A DNA stretch of 64,000 bases from Eimeria praecox (Eukaryota), in assembly GCA_963920595.1 (NCBI GenBank), contig OY986946.1, forward strand, positions 62,001-126,000. The letters are read 5' to 3'. Shown one piece after another: positions 61,782 through 64,000 of this stretch; the first letter of the stretch is position 1, and each line of letters begins with the position of its first letter. The notes beneath the pieces are model-generated. The model had not been told where the DNA came from. It saw nothing but the letters and a program-made list of their open reading frames with translations, and did no database searches. The position numbers were made by a program, and so were the translations under genes.

Positions 61782-64000
61782 CTTTCATATATACCGCGTC
61801 GTCAATTAGCTGATGTCATCTATCGAGCGATACTCCGTCTGGGAAATGCATATCGCTTTTCCCAACCCAGCATCCCTGTAATAGCCAACGTAAAACAAGG
61901 TTATAGCCACAGGAGCGCCCTACAGCTCCTCTACGTGCAGCTCCAGAAATCTACAAGCGCCTATACGCGCACCCATGCCTCGCCTAAGAAGGCGTCAATG
62001 GCAGCAACTTGACCAATCGCGTCAAGAAGATGAAATTTCGTTGTACCCATTAGACAGGCTGAAAACTGTTCGAGCACAGAACGCTTTGTTTCTTCGCAGC
62101 CCTGGGAGCTAACCATGTGCTTACTCTCTGGCAAGACCAGCACGTGATCGCAATTTCAGAGAAGGCCACTCTGCACTAAACCCGTCAGCGCACTTAGGAG
62201 AAATACCCAATTGCATGATGCGCACGCATGCAGAAGCCCTAACTCTTAGCCATACATTGCGTATACATCTATGGGCTGGAGGAGCTGCTTTCAACGAGGC
62301 CAACCGAGCCAAGCCAAAGCTTAATACCAAATTCAAAACGATGCGGCTGGCTGCACCCGAAGGGTCCTTCTCAAGTTGTTCGCTTCTGCTCAGAAAGCCA
62401 ACCCAGCACGTTTCGGAAGTATCCAGCGCATGCAAAGTGAAGGCCTGCATATTCCGTGCCTCTGACTAGCATCTGGAGTGCTGCGAACAGTGTCGTACGA
62501 GGTGTCAAGCTCGAACGAAAATGAGCGACATGCTTGTAGGCGGCACGCATTGAGGACGCACCAAAGTTCAGTTATTCTAGCCATACAGCAAGCATCAACC
62601 GTCGCTAGAGGTTTGGCTTCCTTTTTTATTACCCGGTGCTGTGGAATGCGTTACAGATTCCGCGTTATTTTTTGCAAGCGCCATGAACGTTTACACATGC
62701 CATGCTGCCCGCGGCGTCGGAAGCGGTCCGCGCTTTGCTACTCTACCCTTCCACCGAACAACGCCAACAAATATGGCCTAGCCAATCGCCGACATCATTT
62801 GCTATATCTGCCCTGTCTGACAAAAGCATATCGCGTATCAAAAGACCCTGCTACAGTAGGGGCTAAAGAGGCTCAGTGATGATGCAAAACGAATTCCTAC
62901 TTCTCATAAGGCAAATCTATTACTCTGCCCACAGATGCATACGCATCAATTCTTGTCATCAGTCGCAACTGTAACAGTATCAAGGGAAGTGACAAATGTA
63001 TAAACTTGCTACTGCGTGCACACTTCCTGCAAGAACAGAGAGCAATAGGAACAGCGGAAGAGGCTTTGCAACACCGTGAGAATACTTACTTGCAAACAAG
63101 CTACGCAGACCGCGATGCACACTCATGGGAGCTCGCTAACTTTCCGCCCAATAGTGCACATACTCCTACATGCAAACAAAGCTGATTTCAACCAGCACAA
63201 GCAAACGACGCCCACGCTCACCACCAACCACAAAAATGCTCATTGCATTTGACTTACCTTGTGTTCTCATCGAGCTGCTTCCTGCTGACAGACCACCGGT
63301 GATACGGAAGTTTAGCTGTTAGGAAGGTATAGCACTCACGTGGATTAAGGGGCTTCATAGCAATCGCCCCCCATTAGTGAATGGCGCTACCAGCTGGTGG
63401 CTGGGAGACTGCGGCCTTGAGGGAATACCAGCAACACATTTGGAGGCCCCGCCTACTTCAAACGCAAAACAGGTTAAATACTCTTGATAAACCAGAATGA
63501 CAAGCCTTCACTACGAGTTCCACCTTATGTGCTACTTAATAGCTTTACGTGGGCTGCCGTTTTGACATCCTCTTGTGCAAGCGCCCGTCCGGATCTACGC
63601 AAGCACAGTGTTCGAGTGTTGGCCGGCCCATAAGGGCCATACGGGCCCTTCCCTGTTCCCACTCTCCGCGGCAGAGCTGCTGTTACACATCCCCGGAGTA
63701 CACACCAATAATACTGAACCGGTGTAGCACAAGTCATCGAGTTAGCACGGTTTCCTCCTTCCACGTGTTGTGCTGCACATCTACTGTCCCATCGATTCAC
63801 TCACATCGCTTGTACTGAAAGACCCTGCCCCGCAAGCGCAGGTCACGTATCGAAACTCCTCGCTCCAGTAAAACCCCAAAGAAACCATGGCTGAAACAAC
63901 GCGAATTCGCGCTTCTTCTAGCACTGCATCTCCCCAAATATGCGCGCATGCAGATACACCGATGCTTGTCATCAAGTAAGCTGAAACCTATCCACACCCA

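Larger units (their letters stand above)
1..64000. repeat. Window-wide head-to-tail array of an ancient ~1-kb monomer (about 66 cores counted by eye, all in the same orientation)
   Basis: CATACTTSCTGG-like core recurs at 466+716n (to 9058), 10639, 11721, 12668, 13634, 14728, 15676, 16642, 17736, 18798, 19989, 21071, 22018, 22984, 24078, 25141, 26332, 27368, 28388, 29364, 30301, 31319, ~32431, ~33043, 34160, 35236, 36264, 37319, 37888, 38838, ~39762, 40429, 41504, 42499, 42931, 43726, then three per 3001-bp unit. It is usually followed by GAAGGCTT and, about 210 bp later, an ACTGCAC..GATGCAGCTGG-like motif. Confidence 0.9.
44741..64000. repeat. 3001-bp tandem unit (three diverged monomers, different from those of Y), switching to a 4624/4625-bp unit; runs off the right edge
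   Basis: CAAATGTATAAACTTGCTAC starts at 44741, 47742, 50743, 53744, 58368 and 62993. Cores at about 44768, 45785 and 46868 in the first unit. Confidence 0.98.

Noticed and set aside
9500..64000. All other listed ORFs (up to 193 aa)
   Set aside because: Short, with random-like composition and no family motif I recognise. They recur only because the DNA is duplicated.

Overview
Eukaryotic, apparently non-coding DNA. An alveolate-like 28S rRNA fragment and recurrent TGCATGCA motifs suggest a coccidian apicomplexan such as Eimeria, but that is inference. Almost the whole window is one head-to-tail array of about 66 copies of an old ~1-kb monomer. Each copy is recognisable by a core resembling CAGCTAATTATGYGCATACTTSCTGGCCAAAACAGCGCGCGATCGCAACGCCAGAGAAGGCTTCGCC and a downstream AACTGCACAACGATGCAGCTGGCTG (consensus built by eye). 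The array has four layers. (A) 1-9498: 13.3 near-identical copies of a 716-bp deletion-derived monomer. (B) 9688-26575: nested higher-order repeats (3007/8-bp 3-mer, 6343-bp 6-mer, 9350-bp register). (C) about 26576-44740: about 19 strongly diverged single monomers. (D) 44741-64000: a different 3001-bp 3-mer that captured a 1207-bp decayed 28S rRNA fragment plus a ~415-bp duplication, giving a new 4.6-kb unit. I found no credible protein-coding gene; the ORF track mostly re-reads the repeats. No function for the monomer can be shown from sequence alone.
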